Below are positions 1 through 13,925 of a stretch of 64,000 bases of DNA, in pieces. The notes beneath the pieces were generated by a model, which ran no database searches, was not told the origin of the DNA, and saw only the letters and a program-made list of their open reading frames with translations. Every line of letters begins with the position of its first letter. Within the stretch, counting starts at the first letter, position 1. This DNA is from Takakia lepidozioides (Eukaryota; Plantae; Bryophyta). The stretch covers positions 4,154,001 to 4,218,000 of the forward strand of contig CM060732.1 in assembly GCA_030704615.1 (NCBI GenBank), in the 5' to 3' direction. Position numbers and translations under genes: made by a program.

Positions 1-311
1 AGAGGATGGAATTTTTAAGAGGCATAGTGCAACCGATGCATCATAGAGCTCGGAGGATGGGGGGGATGAGGGGGATGAGGAAGGAGGAGGGCCAAGTTCC
101 TCGGAAGGTGTAGGAGAGTAGTTCCCATTCCTGCTATGTCAGTTAGGACACACTTGTATAGACGTGGCTTGCCACAAAATTTGCAATAAAATGTTGCATT
201 TCATTGCTATGACGAGTCCACATGACCCTATTTCCGTGGACACACAATGGCCCGCTCATGTTTTTTTTTTTTTCCGCTCATGCTCATGCCGCTCATGAAA
301 TAGCAGCCCCC
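1..311 (-). mobile_element. Left end (TIR and subterminal region) of the MULE family, in reverse orientation
   Basis: Reverse complement of 1-311 aligns with 39912-40265. Terminus reads GGGGGCTGCTATTTCATGAGCGGCATGAGC, the same end motif as at 21725, 39912 and (inverted) 41916. Confidence 0.8.
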
Positions 312-886
312 GGATAGAGCAGGCTTATTCATCAAATAAGCCTGATGAATGAATGAAGTTTTGAGAAGATTTCATCCTGATGGATTAGAGTCGGATGAAA
401 TATGAAAAACTTCACAAGGATGGATACATTATATTGTAGATAAAAACCCTTTATTACATTAATTTTTTAAATAAAACTCTGGATTTTTTGTGATCATTTT
501 TTAACAACAACTGGGTGAAAGGATATTGCCCTACCATATTTTCAAAGTAAAACTTTTCTAAAATTTACCTCAAAAAAATAAACTACACCCTATATTTGTT
601 CTCAAGTGGTTTTGAAAATACGGGGAGTGACCCCCCCAAGGTGGTTGTAGGGGTATCAGGTGGGTGTGTATGGTGGGGTATTGTTTCAAGAGATAAGGAA
701 GACTCCGGTCGAGGCCGGCGTAACTAAGAGTCATTTCGCCTTGCGGCTACTGCTCCCTTTCGAGGGTGGGCCCTATATAAATATGACAGGTGTCCAGGGG
801 GCACCAAGTAACCGGGGGTATGAGGTACCTCTGGGTACCCGAGGGTACCCAGGGGTACCAGAGATGGGGTGGATTCGAGTTTCCGC

Positions 887-2208
887 TTATTGGTTATGAT
901 GGCTGTGAGAGAGCGAAGTGCCGTATTTGGTGCCTACAGAGATGACGGAGAGTGGGCCCATGGCCCACCCTCGTCGGCGAATAGCAAGGATAAGCGGAGC
1001 GTATTTTTGGTGCTTTTCGAGGATAGAGGTGTGCGGGAAGCGGTCGTGGCAGTACGTAAATTCGATGAAGTGTATGATTAGTGGTGGGGTAGGAGTTGAC
1101 AAACACAGGGTCATAGCTAGGATGATACTGTATAGTCTGGGGGTCTACCTTGGTAAGTGCCGCTGGCATTGATGAGTGAGAACTATCTGGTTTCTTTATG
1201 TCGTTGTAATAGTTTGTGGATGTGCCATACAGCTTGATTGTGCCTGGCGATACGAAGGCCATGCAAGACTGGGTGTGAGCATTTACTGAGGATATGTGGC
1301 CAAGTGTCAGATACTGCATGTATATGGGAGCAGATGGGGCAGTGTGGGGATGTAAAAATGGTTGGCCAGAAGGTATGTTTACGCTGGTGCCCCCATATAC
1401 TGGGCGAATCTAAACTTAAGTATTTGATTTGTGCGTCGGAAGCGGCTTTGGTGTGCCAGAAGTGGTTGAACAGTTTATGATGGAGTACTGTGGAGTGTGT
1501 CCATTTTTGGATATGTTGTTTGGTGTGACTGAGAGATGTAGTGGCTTGTTTGTTGGCTTCTTTAGATAGAGTAGAGCGGAGGTTACGAATAGGTTTAGGT
1601 TCGGGGGGGCTTGGAATTGGATGTATTAGCCAGAAAGGATGCGTATGTGCAGTGTGGATGGGGTCTGTGGAGGGTTCTACTGGGGGTTTGGAGGCCCCTA
1701 GTTGGGCAAGGAGGTCAGCCTCCTCGTTCCCGTTGATTCCGGTATGTGAGCGTACTTTAAGAAATTGAATGGGTTGGTTGATTGAGATGGCTAAAGTGAT
1801 GATTGTTGAGATAAGATTACGATCTGGGTGGTGATGGTGGAAGGATGGGCTGGCTATGTGGTTTCGCAAGAGAAAGAGCGAAGTTAAGTTGTCTGTAAAA
1901 ACGTAGTATGGTGAGGGGAATGCGTGTAGCTGGGAGAGGGCTTCGTAGATGGCCATAAGTTCGGCACATAGTATGGTTGCGGGGCCCGGAAGTCGATGGG
2001 CTGTACCAGTGTTAGTGGCCGCGTAGTAGACTCCATATCCGGCGCAGCTTGGGAGCCATCTGTGTAGTGTGCATGTGCTGAGTGGTATTTTAAAGGGGTA
2101 GGGCCTAGATGAATTGTTGCTGAGTGGTTTTTGGCTTGTTGGACGAGGGATCCCAAGAGGATGAAGCCTGCCAAATCTCGTCTCAGTTGGAGTTGACCCG
2201 TCACTCAA
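887..2208 (-). mobile_element. Degenerate 3' part of a RandI/Dualen-like non-LTR retrotransposon (RNase H + CCHC + restriction-like endonuclease)
   Basis: RNase H motifs YTDGS (frameshifted), AELMAI, VFTDN, KVRSHTGINGNEEAD; then CPIC...HILSKC...RHNQAV; then IHFIEFTYCHD...KY.PL...GW in ORF 887-1114. Confidence 0.7.
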
Positions 2209-2399
2209 ATCCTTAAAAAACTACTAAAACATGCTATGTTTCTCCAAGGGGCCCCAATAATGGGTCCCACAGCCCGATTGCCCTGGAAATTGGCAGGTGG
2301 GTGCAGGAGGAAGATAAGCACATAATGTGCAGTCAATTTTGTCTTAAAAGTCAATTTTGTAATGGCATCGCTCCCTGGTATCTCCTACACGGCTCCCCG

Positions 2400-2490
2400 T
2401 GGGTTTAGCAATTATGTAAGGGTTTAATTTTTTCCCTTCAATAATTCATTAATAAAATTCTCAGGGCCACTGTCCCCTGTTCTTTTTTTT
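2400..2490 (+). mobile_element. Short 3'-end fragment of the L1 family found at 15290-19881
   Basis: gggtttaatttttcccttcaataa...aataaaattctcagggccactgtcc matches the reverse complement of 15320-15378. Confidence 0.55.
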
Positions 2491-2682
2491 TATTTTAAAT
2501 TACTCCCTTTATTCAATGCAGGGGTCTTTTTTTTTTGAAAAAAGTCAAACTAGGGCCCTCTGCGTTTAGGGTAACAGGCTGCGGCCCAGATCTTCAAAAT
2601 ATGTAAAGCAGTTTCACTCAGGCCCTGATTCTAAAGTGGTCCAGGAATTACTCTGGCCCAGGAATTAGATATGGGGCGCTTA

Positions 2683-2940
2683 TGTAGTAAGGTGTATTAA
2701 GGAATGAGATCAAGGGGTCCAAAAAAGAAGGGAGGAATTGGCCAAATTTAGAATAGGTTGACATGTGTCCAGGGCTTCTAGAAGGTCTAGAAGGTCGAGG
2801 GTCCGCGGGCTTCTAGAAGGGTTCTAGAAGGGTCCCACCACCCCGAGAGGGTATATAAGGGAGGCCCCCCCCTCTTTACTACCAACTAACTTACTACTTA
2901 CTAAATTAGTAAATAGTGGGCTCTCCAAAGGCAGGCCCCC
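2683..2940 (+). mobile_element. Possible LTR remnant with TTCTAGAA repeats and a TATA box
   Basis: TG start after a G-rich tract; four (T)TCTAGAAGG units at 2777-2832; TATATAAGG at ~2853. No partner LTR in the window. Confidence 0.3.
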
Positions 2941-3157
2941 CAAAAAAAACAGCAAACATGAATCAATTAATTAATAGAAGCCACAATAAGAAACAAGGAA
3001 AATGACATTGTAGAATTTAATCATTTGATTTGAAAACCATCAGTACTAGTGGGCACTATTTTGATGATGTGGAGAAATTTTGCATACAATAAAGATGAGT
3101 TCAACATCAGCACGTAAATTACCATCACATTACTGACACGTCCTAAAATACAGCAGC

Positions 3158-3452
3158 AAATCCAATATAACCATCGGCAAGACTTGAAGAAACAGCCAGC
3201 CCCTCATTACAACTTCACATAAACAGAACATGATCATGAATCACTTCAAATAGACCCATTGCTGAAAAGCCAAAGAGCCTTCAGTTTAACAACTTAAAGA
3301 CTGAAATCCGATATAACCATACACTGAGACTTGAAGAAACAGCCGCCCTCTCATTACAACTTCACATAAAGAGAACACGATCATGACTCCACTTCAAGCA
3401 GACCCATTACTGAAAAGCTGAAGAGCCTTCAATTTGACAACTTTAAGGACTG
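3158..3452. repeat. Imperfect tandem duplication, ~145 bp x2, downstream of the RLK
   Basis: atataaccat...gacttgaagaaacagcc...cattacaacttcacataaa...gagccttca occurs twice, head to tail. Confidence 0.85.
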
Positions 3453-4055
3453 CATGCCTTCTTGGAATGGTGACTGCAACATCACTCCATGAAGGTTTCC
3501 AGTGGCTCCCTTTCGGCAGCAGCTCATTTTCTACAAGTTTTCCACATCTGCATCGTGTATCTATCTTTGAAATTTCTACAGGGTGACAAAAAGTATCCGA
3601 TAGACAATCTAGTATACATAGCTCCAGTCACTTTACTCTCCCCATTAGAAGAACCTCTGCAAAAGAGCTGAGTATGGTCTGATACATCTCATTTCTATGA
3701 CCTGACAAGGAATGAAAGTTGGCTGGCCAATCCACAGACATGACAGCAGTTTGGCCTGCCCCACACTTAAGGTTAGTGGCGCAACTTCCCTGCTGTGCCT
3801 TTTCAATCGTATTGGGTCACCCTACAACCACCTCGGACTCTCTTTGTCAACCACCACACAACTGCACAGTTATGAAGTTTCCATAACAAAGTGGCTCTGG
3901 ACAAACACTTCACTATGTTGGCATTTAGCATTCAGTCACAGCTACTGACTGCTTACCATCATCCATAGAACTAATGGAGGAGCACATTGGCACAGCAATG
4001 GCTTGGTATTTAACTAGAGACCAATTCATCAGCACACATGAGACCCACCAAAGCC

Positions 4056-7000
4056 TCATTTTGGTTCAATAGTAGTGGGCAAAGTATAGCCACCGCTATA
4101 TTGGAAAGACGAATCCTGCCCCTTCTCCAACATGTCAGGGTCAGCATAGACATTTTGAGGCCTTTTAGGAGAATCTGTGCCCCCTGCTCCTGAGACAGGG
4201 GCACTGTTTCTCAAGATGGCCTCCAATTCCTGCACAACTTCAGTCATGGTTGGACGGTTGATGGAAGACTCTTCGACACATGCGAGTGCCACATCCAACA
4301 AACCTTCAAGGTCTTGGACTGGATAGTCCCCAAGGAAGGGGTCCAGCAGTGACCGCAGCCCACTAATGCCACCCTTGTCCAGCGCAGTCCGCACTTCCCG
4401 AACAATATATTTACCACGCTCAATTGGCTGGCGGGCTGTAATCAGCTCCAGTAGCACCACTCCAAAGCTATAGACATCACTCTTCCCTGACAGCTGCTGT
4501 GTCATGTAATACTCTGGGTCCAGATATCCCTGTTGTTACCACCCAAAACACAAAAATGATTGTAGTTATTTGATGGAAATCCATGTAAAACGAATTTATC
4601 CAAACATGGCTAATCTTATGGTGAGGAGCTATAACCACTTTCCTCGGCAGCAAGTTGGCAAAACAACAGTGGAACAAAGGGAAAAAATTATAACAACATT
4701 TGCATCCAATGTAAACTGTGATTAAAACCCCACACACCCCACACCATACACATTTTATGAAGCAATAAAGCAATAGTTGCAAGAATACATACCACAGTTC
4801 CCTTCACTTGCGTTGACACATAAAGCTTGTCACCACCATTAGGTGCTACCTTTGAGAGTCCAAAATCAGATACCTTGGCTATCATCGTCTCATCGAGCAA
4901 AATGTTGCTCGATTTGACATCCCGATGGATGATTGGAGGGTTTGCCAGTTCGTGGAGATATGCCAATCCCCGGGCTGACCCCACAGCTATATTTAACCGT
5001 CTGGGCCAGTCGAGTGCTTGCTCCATTTGACCTGTGTCAGCACCAGTTGCCACTGATCATCCAATATGCTTTTAAAGGAGAGAAACTTCTCATACTGGCA
5101 CAATCTCAGAAGACAATCTTGGACCTGCCACGCAAAGGGAAGTTTTTGGCCGTTTGGCTGGAGCTTTCAAGTGATAATAATTGGATTGTTAGGCATTTCC
5201 ACGGCAGCTAGGACTGTGGAGTTACATCACATGTGCCCATGGCTGTTAGTGATTGAATGCAGTTCAAGGAGACTGGCCTCAGTTTCCCCTAGACCCTCTT
5301 GCCACAATAGGAAAACTGCAAAAGATGTCATGGAAGTGTGGGTTAGTCCACTGAAGGTCTAACTTCGACAAGAAACAGCACCAAAGTAACTGACCAAGGA
5401 GATGTTCGCGAAGTGTGCCATTTGACATGAACTCATAGACAAGCATTTGCTCGCCTTGCTCATAACAGAAGCCAACAAGCCCAACCAAGTTTCTGTGATG
5501 CACACGAGACAGAAGCTCAATCTCAGTTTTAAATTCTGCCGCACCCTGCATAGATCCCTCCTCAGCCCTCTTCACTGCTACTACATCACCTGTTGACAAG
5601 GTTCCCTTGTACACCTGCCCACAAATAACAAAACAAGCACTAGACACTGTTAGCGAACCCAGGCCGTAATGAGGTCAAGGTACTACGCCAACAGTTTGAC
5701 ACCCCTCCCTAGCGAGGAAAATATAGTATAACACAATTTTGAACCCACACATTGCCAGTAGCAAGGAGACTCCCACTAACAAATCACTGTACACATCACA
5801 AAAATGGATGTAACCATTGTGAAAGGAAAAGGCATGAGTCAGTCTCAATTTACATTCAAACACCCACGCACATACAGATAGAGAAATGTGAACTGAACTT
5901 GGCCCACCCACAAATCTCATTGCTATCAGAAAAGCATAACACACTTTTGAACCCACACATTGCCAGTAACAAGGAGACTCCCACTCACAAATTGCTGTAC
6001 ACGTAACAAAAATGGACGTAACTGTTGTGAAAGGAGAGGGCATGAGTAAGTCTCAATTTATATTGGACCACCCACACACATCCGGATAGAGAAATGTAAG
6101 CTGAACTCGACCCACCTTTCCATAACCTCCACCACCAATCTCATTGCTATCACTGAAGTTATTGGTAGCCTTCTTGAGCTCAGCAAAGGAAAACCATCGC
6201 GCACACTTCAGTACTGGCGCAGCACCATTATCCCCCCCACCTCCACCCCAAGAAGCTGCAAACCACTCCACTCAATTAGTCTTCGTGTCTCCACATGTCC
6301 GTGCGAATAGGCCCAGTTTCCTTGAGACAACCCCCCCAACTCTCCCTGTCTATACATGTGTAACACTGCACAGTGGGGTGTGGAGGAGGAACGGTGAATA
6401 ACAGAGATTTATTTTGAAGCCCAGCAGGATGTTGTTTGAATACCAAAAGGGTTGCTCTTCACTATCCTGTCAGCCCTCCGCTTCTGAATGACAGCATAGA
6501 GAGCTATGCCAGCGAGAAGCAGACCAACAATCGCACATCCCACAACTATGCCAACAATGGCTGCTGAACTTAGTGTCGCCTTGCTTGCCGCAGCTGCAAA
6601 AGCCCCCGACCACTCATTTTTAGCATGGTGACTCCAAAGAGTGACAGCTAATATTCTGGAAATCTCGTACTGACTAAATGAAGACACTGCACAGAGGGAT
6701 GCTTCTTTAGCCTTGGAAAGTACAGAAAGCTCTGAGATCACCCTAACCATTTCAGACAGATACCCCACCACTGCAGGACAAAACCAATGCTTTTGATCTG
6801 ACCAAGATGTGACCAGCGCCCACTCGAACACATCCTGAGAAAGCAGTAAAAAGTGACTGGAGCATTTAAGTCTTACTTGTGAGAGCCGCTGCAGTATTTG
6901 CCAGATAATATGGACCAAAGTCACTGACGAGAGATATATCCTGCTGATTTAAACTTGAAATGATGCTGGTCTGATTCTGCTGACTAAGAGATTGTTGACT

Positions 7001-10000
7001 TGGGTCAGCTGGGAAGAAAAGGGTTGTCACATTCACACGTCCGGCCTCAGTAAAAGTGGCATTCGAAATCCACACCTGGCCCACCTTTAGGTTCAGCCCC
7101 GTTTGAATTTCAGTCTGAAGCTTACTGACTAATGCATCAGTTATGACAGAAAAACTTGGTGATCGCAGCACCAGAAGGACCACAAGTGGGTGGGCACAAG
7201 TGCAGTTCTGTGGGTTCAGTGTCGTGCCCCCAGAGCAGGACACTGCTGGGCACGAATTTGATTGGTTGAGCGGAGATGACCAGGTTTCTGACTGATCTGC
7301 TCCCAAGTTGCAAAATCTTGCAACGTTATAGAATTTGCTGTAGCATATTGGATTCCCTCCAATCCTGAATTGGCCATGATCAGGCAAATGTCAGTTCCAG
7401 TACCAGTACGAAGTACATAAATGCACCGAAGGTCTGTAAAGCCTACTGCACTGACTTACACGAGAATCAAGCCTCCATTAAAGCTCACAGACAAGCTGCA
7501 ACGAAGACACTTCACAACCAGCAACACTAATACAAGAAAATAAAGAGTAAACCAAAGCTTGCGATTAACCTTTTCAAGTCAATCTTTCAGAGGCCATTCT
7601 GTTTGAGCTTTGCAATAGGGAAGGCATGCGTTCTAAGAGTGGATAAGGAACTCACAAAAAATCCACCGATCTGAGGTTCACGTCCGAATTTGCTTGATTT
7701 ATATTCATGATATCATTTTGCTGGAGAGAAATCAATGAAAGTTGTGGCCCAATAACTGAAGGAAAATTCACTGTTCCATTCAGATAGTTTTGACGAAACC
7801 TCCTGCGAAAGAACCCAGTGCATTTCCACACTTGACAAGAGTAACATAAATGGAATTACAAAGATCTCCGCACTCATTTATGCTACCAACTTCTTTTCAA
7901 AACTCCAGCAATCACTGTCTGGGTGCTGGGGCAGGTTAGCATGTGAGGTGCTAGCACATGATAGGGATTGCATTCATTAAAATAATTGTGCTCACATGTG
8001 GATACTGGGGAGAATTGGATTGTGGGTACTCATGTTCCTGGAGCAAACCCTGTGAGAAGTTGTACTCATAATTCGCGGCCAAATGTGGGAAGGGAATGAG
8101 CGTGTTTAGCCACATTGATGCAGTAGAACCACATATTTTAGCCATGTCACATGTGGGTCCCAAGATCAACTCTACATGTGACTTCAAATAGGTGCATTAA
8201 CGATGTCCACTGATTCACAAATCTTGATTATGGATACCGGCCTCACATGTGAAGCTGCCATAAGCTACAATGAATGCTTCCCTATCAAGCATGATCTGAT
8301 CGCAAATCTCATTCGAAGGCATGGGAATCATGCAAATTTGTCAGATGTGACAATCGAATAATTAGATTGGGTTCCTATCCATGTGGATAGTCAGTAGCAA
8401 GAGTTTAGAGAGACTATTCAAGAAAATACATGAAATAGTCCAACCTTAGGAAAATAGGCTTTGTCAAAGAGAAGGGAAGTCAAGCTTTTCCTCACAATGT
8501 TTGCAGGTAGGAGAGGCCTAGAATATTTGCTGGAAGTGGCCCAATCAGGTTGCCTTGCTCCATAATTCTGCAGCCAATACCAAACTGACTAATCAGAGAA
8601 CCAAGAGTACCAAATCGAGCTCTGTATCTCTCAGAACAACTTAGACTGGGGCAGTTCTAGATGATGTCAGAAAGGAGGTCAAGCTAAAACTCACAGTGTT
8701 TGCAAGTTTGGCAAGGTGAACCAGGAGGGAATGGTTTGATTATCAAACTTGTTGTTGCTGAAATCACTGCCATGGTCAAAAAACCCATTTACAAATGTCA
8801 AATATCAAGAGCTCACAAGGTACACGGGCAACATCTAGCAGCAAAGAGTCACTCAACAAAATTGCTGACTGAGAATCAACGCCATCTTTCAAGGTTTGCT
8901 TACTTACACAAGCTGTAGTTGTGTCAAAGGAGTCAAATCCGGCAATTTTCCAGTGAGCTGATTGTTGGCCACAAGCCTGCCCAGAACCACATAAGATGCC
9001 CATTGACTGAACTTAACCTCCAAACATCACCTTCCTGTCCAGCTGTAAACTTCCTAAATCAATCAATACAGTCCTTCTCCCATGAGACAGATCTAGACTG
9101 AATAAATAAATAATAAAAACAAATTTGGACCATGACATGCCAACTGCACTCAAAAGAGAGATAGCTAGATAGATTTGACTGCCAGGAAAGAATATTACAG
9201 TTGCTGGAATCCAGTCGAATTAAGCTGATTAAGATGGGATGGAATCATGCCGTTTAGCTGGTTGTTCTTGAGGCTCCTGTTGCACAAGCTACCAAGTCAA
9301 ATCTGGATCTCATCACTGACAACAAACATTTAGCAAATTCCTCAGAATCTCTTAAGGCACAGAATCAATTCAAGACGAGTCCACCGGGTTGATGGGTAAA
9401 ACTTACAGGATCTGGAGGGATGTTAAGTTTCCAAGTTCTCCTGGAATTTCCCCGGTTAATGAGTTGCTGTCCAGCAACCTGATGAAAAGAAAGAGTATAG
9501 CCCAACACATGAGAAACATGAGAACTCAAAGTTGCAGCCACCACTTCCAAACTCTCCAGACACTCAAGAAATATGGCATAATAGCTGCAAGCTGTGCATT
9601 TGTATAAAAGGACATCCAGGCAGACTCACAGGTGTATTAGTCGTATCAAGGACCCTGTGCCAAGTTCCGGAGGGATTGAGCCAGATAAGAAGTTGTTGTT
9701 GAGATGACTGCCAAGCCAAAACAAAGACAGTATGTTCTAAGCAAACCTGCGCACACAAAGGGGTGAAGTGCAAAAGGAGACAATTGTAACAGAATTGCTC
9801 TTACTCGCAATGCCTACATTGAGCATGCTTTCTTGAGAATATATCTGGAAAACCCAAACTAATTGTCTCCATCAAGGTAAGTCACACTACCGGAGTGAGC
9901 CCTCCTACAAACAGAACATTGGTCAAGTCTCTCATTAACAACTTACATCAAACAAAAGAAGGATCTCGAAGGTGCGAGGTAAAACTCACAAGTGCACGGC

Positions 10001-13000
10001 ACTCTGCATATTATCCAAGCCGAAGCGATCTTGACTTGTTGTAGAAACAGGAAGGCTACCCGTCAAGTTATTGAAACTCAAATCCAGCCAATACAACAGC
10101 GGAAGTGAACCCAATGAAGATGGTATCTGCCCGGTAAGTTGATTGCCATTTAGAGCTCTGTACACACATAAAGGAAACAAATAAACATTCAGCATCAAAT
10201 CCACACAACATCTCAATAGAAGCTTCCAAGCGTGATGACTCAGGTCTGTCAGATATTACACAAGTCGTAGCTGGGGTCATTAACAAATTCAGCCCACAGA
10301 AAATCGTTGTCAAAAAATGACGCCAACCTACAAATAATAACGAACCCAAGCATTGCTGGTGCAATGATTGCCACAGTTCCTTATTCATAAACAAAGCTAC
10401 TCAGAACACTCCCCGAAAGGATCGCAACATGATTGGCAACCTTGAGGCCCTGGCTTAGCAGATTATCAGCAGGTGATAATAAAAGTTCTAATTTTGCTTG
10501 CACTTCTCACAGGATATGGATGTAGTTGACATGCATACAAATAAGGCTCATCCGTATGTATGAGTGCGGGTAAAAAGTTACACCTTTCTCCATGACGGTA
10601 TACACTTGAGGAACATAATTCCTCTCTGACCACTTCTGAACACAGTAGTAGATTCATACTCAAGCTAACAGACAAACAAGAGACCTCAAGGGACAAAGCC
10701 ACTTACAGGAAGGTAAGCTTCTTTAGGTTTTGCAGTGAATCAGGAATATGCCCAGTCAGACCACTTGATTGTATACTCCTGCAAACCCAGAGTACTTTTA
10801 TTTTGAACACATGCTCAACAGCCCATCCTGTCTACATATTCATGCCTTACCAATCCTGGAATTATGGGGAGAGTAAGCTTTGTCCTCCATAACTACCTTC
10901 AAAGGGTGGCCAGTAGTTACAGCTTTTGTACCACGCTAAGGGTCCTTTTCCACTCACCCTGAATCCGCCAGATAATAGTGGGTGAGGGGCGTTTCCATCA
11001 TCACCAACACCCATTATTATCTGGCAGTCAACCAACTACGCTTTTGGGTACTCCTCCCCGCCCACCAGGAGAGTGGGCACCCACTATTCGGGGTACACCA
11101 CTGCATGGCAAGCACTCATTTGTCACAAACAAACAGTGGACATTAAGGTAGGTAGATGGAAACCCTCCACCCACTATCCTAGCAGCCAACCTGAATTCTA
11201 AATAGTGGATTCAGGGTGAGTGGGAGTAGATGGAAAGGCACACTAACAAAACCTGCCCTAGCCACTGCATCCTGACAGAAATTATAACCAGTCATGTCAA
11301 AGATGGTGCCACAGTAAGAGAATGAAACCTACTAATCTAATCTCTTCCACCAAATCGAGTTTGACTCACAAGCAAAACATATCTGGTGCCACCATGTCAT
11401 TCAGCTGCATAAAAGAAGCCAGACTTACAGGCTCGTAAGACGAACCAGATCACCAAGCTCAGTAGGCAAGTTTCCATTAAATTTGTTAAACGAGAGCTCC
11501 CTGCCAACTCCACAGCAAAAGCACAGTAGTTCTGAAAGTTAGAACATTCCACTCCCATGGGGAAGGCTAGCTAAATGCCCTAACAGGGGTTAGCCTAATC
11601 AGGCCCACCATGTTATGAACATCCCTCCATGACTCTTGTGATGAAGCCCACACTAGGTCCAGGGCCTGGTGAAAGGGATGTGCTGCCATAACATGCGGTA
11701 GGTACTTTTCACTTGAGAGAAGCATTTAGCCTTACCACTGAAAACCATTACTTAAAGCTCCAAAACTTCACTAATTCAAGTGTAGACAACAAGGATTGCT
11801 GGTCAAACATTAGTATCCAAAAAAGGGGCCCCGACCTTTCTTTCCCAGACCATCCATTTATCACACTGACATGAAAATTCACCCAAAATAAAACAAGGTC
11901 ACATACTTACAGTTTTAGTAGATTGACAAGCAGTCCTAAAGAGGAAGGGATAGTCCCAGTGAGTGACATGCTACTGAGAATCCTGCAAAAGCATCACACA
12001 AGGACCATTATCAGCTTCACCGAAATTACTACTCATGGGAGGAGGTATTACCTATCCCAAATGTACTAGAGAAACCCATCCTACCACAATTGCTGCAGGA
12101 AAGCCAGCGCAAACACCAAGAAAGTAACAGATGACACCAACAACTTCCTGAGAAGTAGCTAGACCGTCACACTCTGGTTTTTCACTGAAAACACAATCCT
12201 ACTCACCTTGGACACTTTCTGGAGTCTCAGAAAGGAAAATCAATCTTAGGACAGATCAACATGCTTTACAAGGAAGACCTTTTAGGGACAAGCACAATAT
12301 GCTACTTTGTATAACGAGTAACAGGATCTCCTGCAGCCACTCTTGGCTGACCTTGCTTTGAGGGCTGATTGCATGGATGAGCTTCCACAACATGCCTTTG
12401 ACAACTGGAAGTGTGTTCAGAGAGAGAATGCAGACCCTCAGGCCACATACTCTACATACCCAGGATGTCTAAAGATAACCACTACAGGGGATTCCAACCT
12501 GAGGAAGGCCAAGAAAGACATACAGTTGGGTGACATTGGTACCGGTTGAGTCGCATTCGACACCTTGCCACCTACTACCACATGGATCATTCCCACTCCA
12601 CTGCAAATTGCTTCCCCGCCATACACTTGCTAGCACATTCAGTGCAGTAACTGCAGCCAGCAAAAATGAAGGGCTATTCAGTTGAGAAAGACATTTAATA
12701 CTAACAAGGAGGAGAACAATCAGACTCCCCCAGAAACTAGAACACAAGCTCTGACGTTCAACTTCTGGCAATACAACCTTTGTGGCTGTCATACATAATG
12801 GCCTTCTGCCTTCATTATTCCAAAAGAGCGTCTTTCCAACGTAAAAGATTTGGTCAGCCAGGCCTTCCCCACTTGATTTCCTGACTGCCCCTACATTTTG
12901 CATACGATAATTCACCACCTCTGTCCAATTGATATTCTCCTCGTCATCCGAGAGAAGAAACATCTCCTGGTGTGCACTTCTGAGCTTAGAGTCTCAAAGA

Positions 13001-13502
13001 TAGCATTCAAGAACATCAATTGACATTTTGAAGGAGCTTAGGATGGAATAAAACACTTTCGCCGGGGATAAACCATCAAAGCAAAATTGTCAACAGCTGC
13101 AGCTGTCCCACTGGAACCAAGGACAACTGTGAATTTGCACAAAGATCATGAGAGAGAGTCTCCAGCAGCTATTGTCCTTGTCCAGCCTGCGGTATGTTCC
13201 CAGCTGCTTTACTAAATCCATTTCGTAGTGGTGAGCTCCGCCATGGAAATACAATTTACATCCTAAGGCCCAGAATGGCTTTCTCAGTAGACCACGACTG
13301 TTGAGATTCCAGGCTGTTGGATAAGCCTTCAGTGAAGGTTAGGGAACACAAACGGAGCTAACAGAGCAGTAACATGATACTCACCATCAGTGGGATTGGT
13401 GACAGCGGCAGCTGGAGGACAAAGCACATTCAGAAACAACAAGAACGCCACAACGGAGTGCTTTCCACTTGCCCAACGCCGCTCTATGTTCCTCTGCCCC
13501 AT
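4056..13502 (-). CDS. LRR receptor-like Ser/Thr kinase, LRR-VIII-1 type (At1g79620/HPCA1-like architecture), 19 exons
   Basis: GT-AG exons read in frame: 13502-13385 (signal peptide), 12650-12524 (LRRNT W.G.DPC..W.GV.C), 11982-11911, 11500-11429, 10778-10707, 10157-9990, 9707-9630, 9478-9407, 9276-9199, 8976-8908, 8766-8695, 8567-8496, 7802-7656 (LRR exons, mostly 69-78 nt), 7364-6877 (GNPIC, NCTCAHP, FGPY), 6593-6444 (TM), 6255-6116 (IGGGGYGK), 5614-5395 (VAVKR), ~5052-4793 ([11 protein letters not shown]; acceptor could instead be 5031), 4529-4056 (GYLDPEY, SDVYSFG). Confidence 0.93.
5738..6151. repeat. ~207-bp tandem duplication in RLK intron 16 that includes part of exon 16
   Basis: 5738-5928 parallels 5945-6151, including cccacc (donor) and aatctcattgctatca (exon 16 DSNEI codons). 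Confidence 0.8.
10940..11243. mobile_element. Tourist-like (PIF/Harbinger) MITE in RLK intron 4
   Basis: TAA on both flanks (10937-10939, 11244-11246); imperfect ends GGGTCCTTTTCCA / TGGAAAGGCACAC; perfect 17-bp internal inverted repeat 10950-10966 vs 11207-11223. Confidence 0.75.
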
Positions 13503-13622
13503 CCTCTCGTACACCCGCTGTCTCCAGTCTTAAGCTCCCACACACCACTAGTAGTAAGCTAGGACGAACAGACCGGTCGATCTCCCAACAAGCCTGACGC
13601 AACCCGCGGCATGTACAACCTA

Positions 13623-13883
13623 CTCTCTCTCTCTCTCTCTCTCTCTCCCAGTGGAAATAACCCTATCTTTTTAGAACCTGCCTCTCCTGGTCCACGACCC
13701 TCAGAAGAGAGCAGCACAACAGCGCCGGGTACCCTAACTCCCTCTCCGGCTCTGCAGGGACTTCCTTTCCCACGCCTGCTGTCTCCGCTCTGAAGCTCCC
13801 ATATAGCGCACGTTGTGACAATGGCCGACACAACAAGAGCGAACATACAGGTCGATCCCACAACCAGTCACTCGCCGCGCGGC

Positions 13884-13920
<37 letters not shown>
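13623..13920 (-). promoter_or_regulatory. (GA)n tracts in the 5' UTR/promoter of the RLK (GAGA/BPC-type elements)
   Basis: (CT)n runs at ~13623-13646 and ~13887-13920, 120-420 bp upstream of the ATG. Confidence 0.55.
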
Positions 13921-13925
<5 letters not shown>

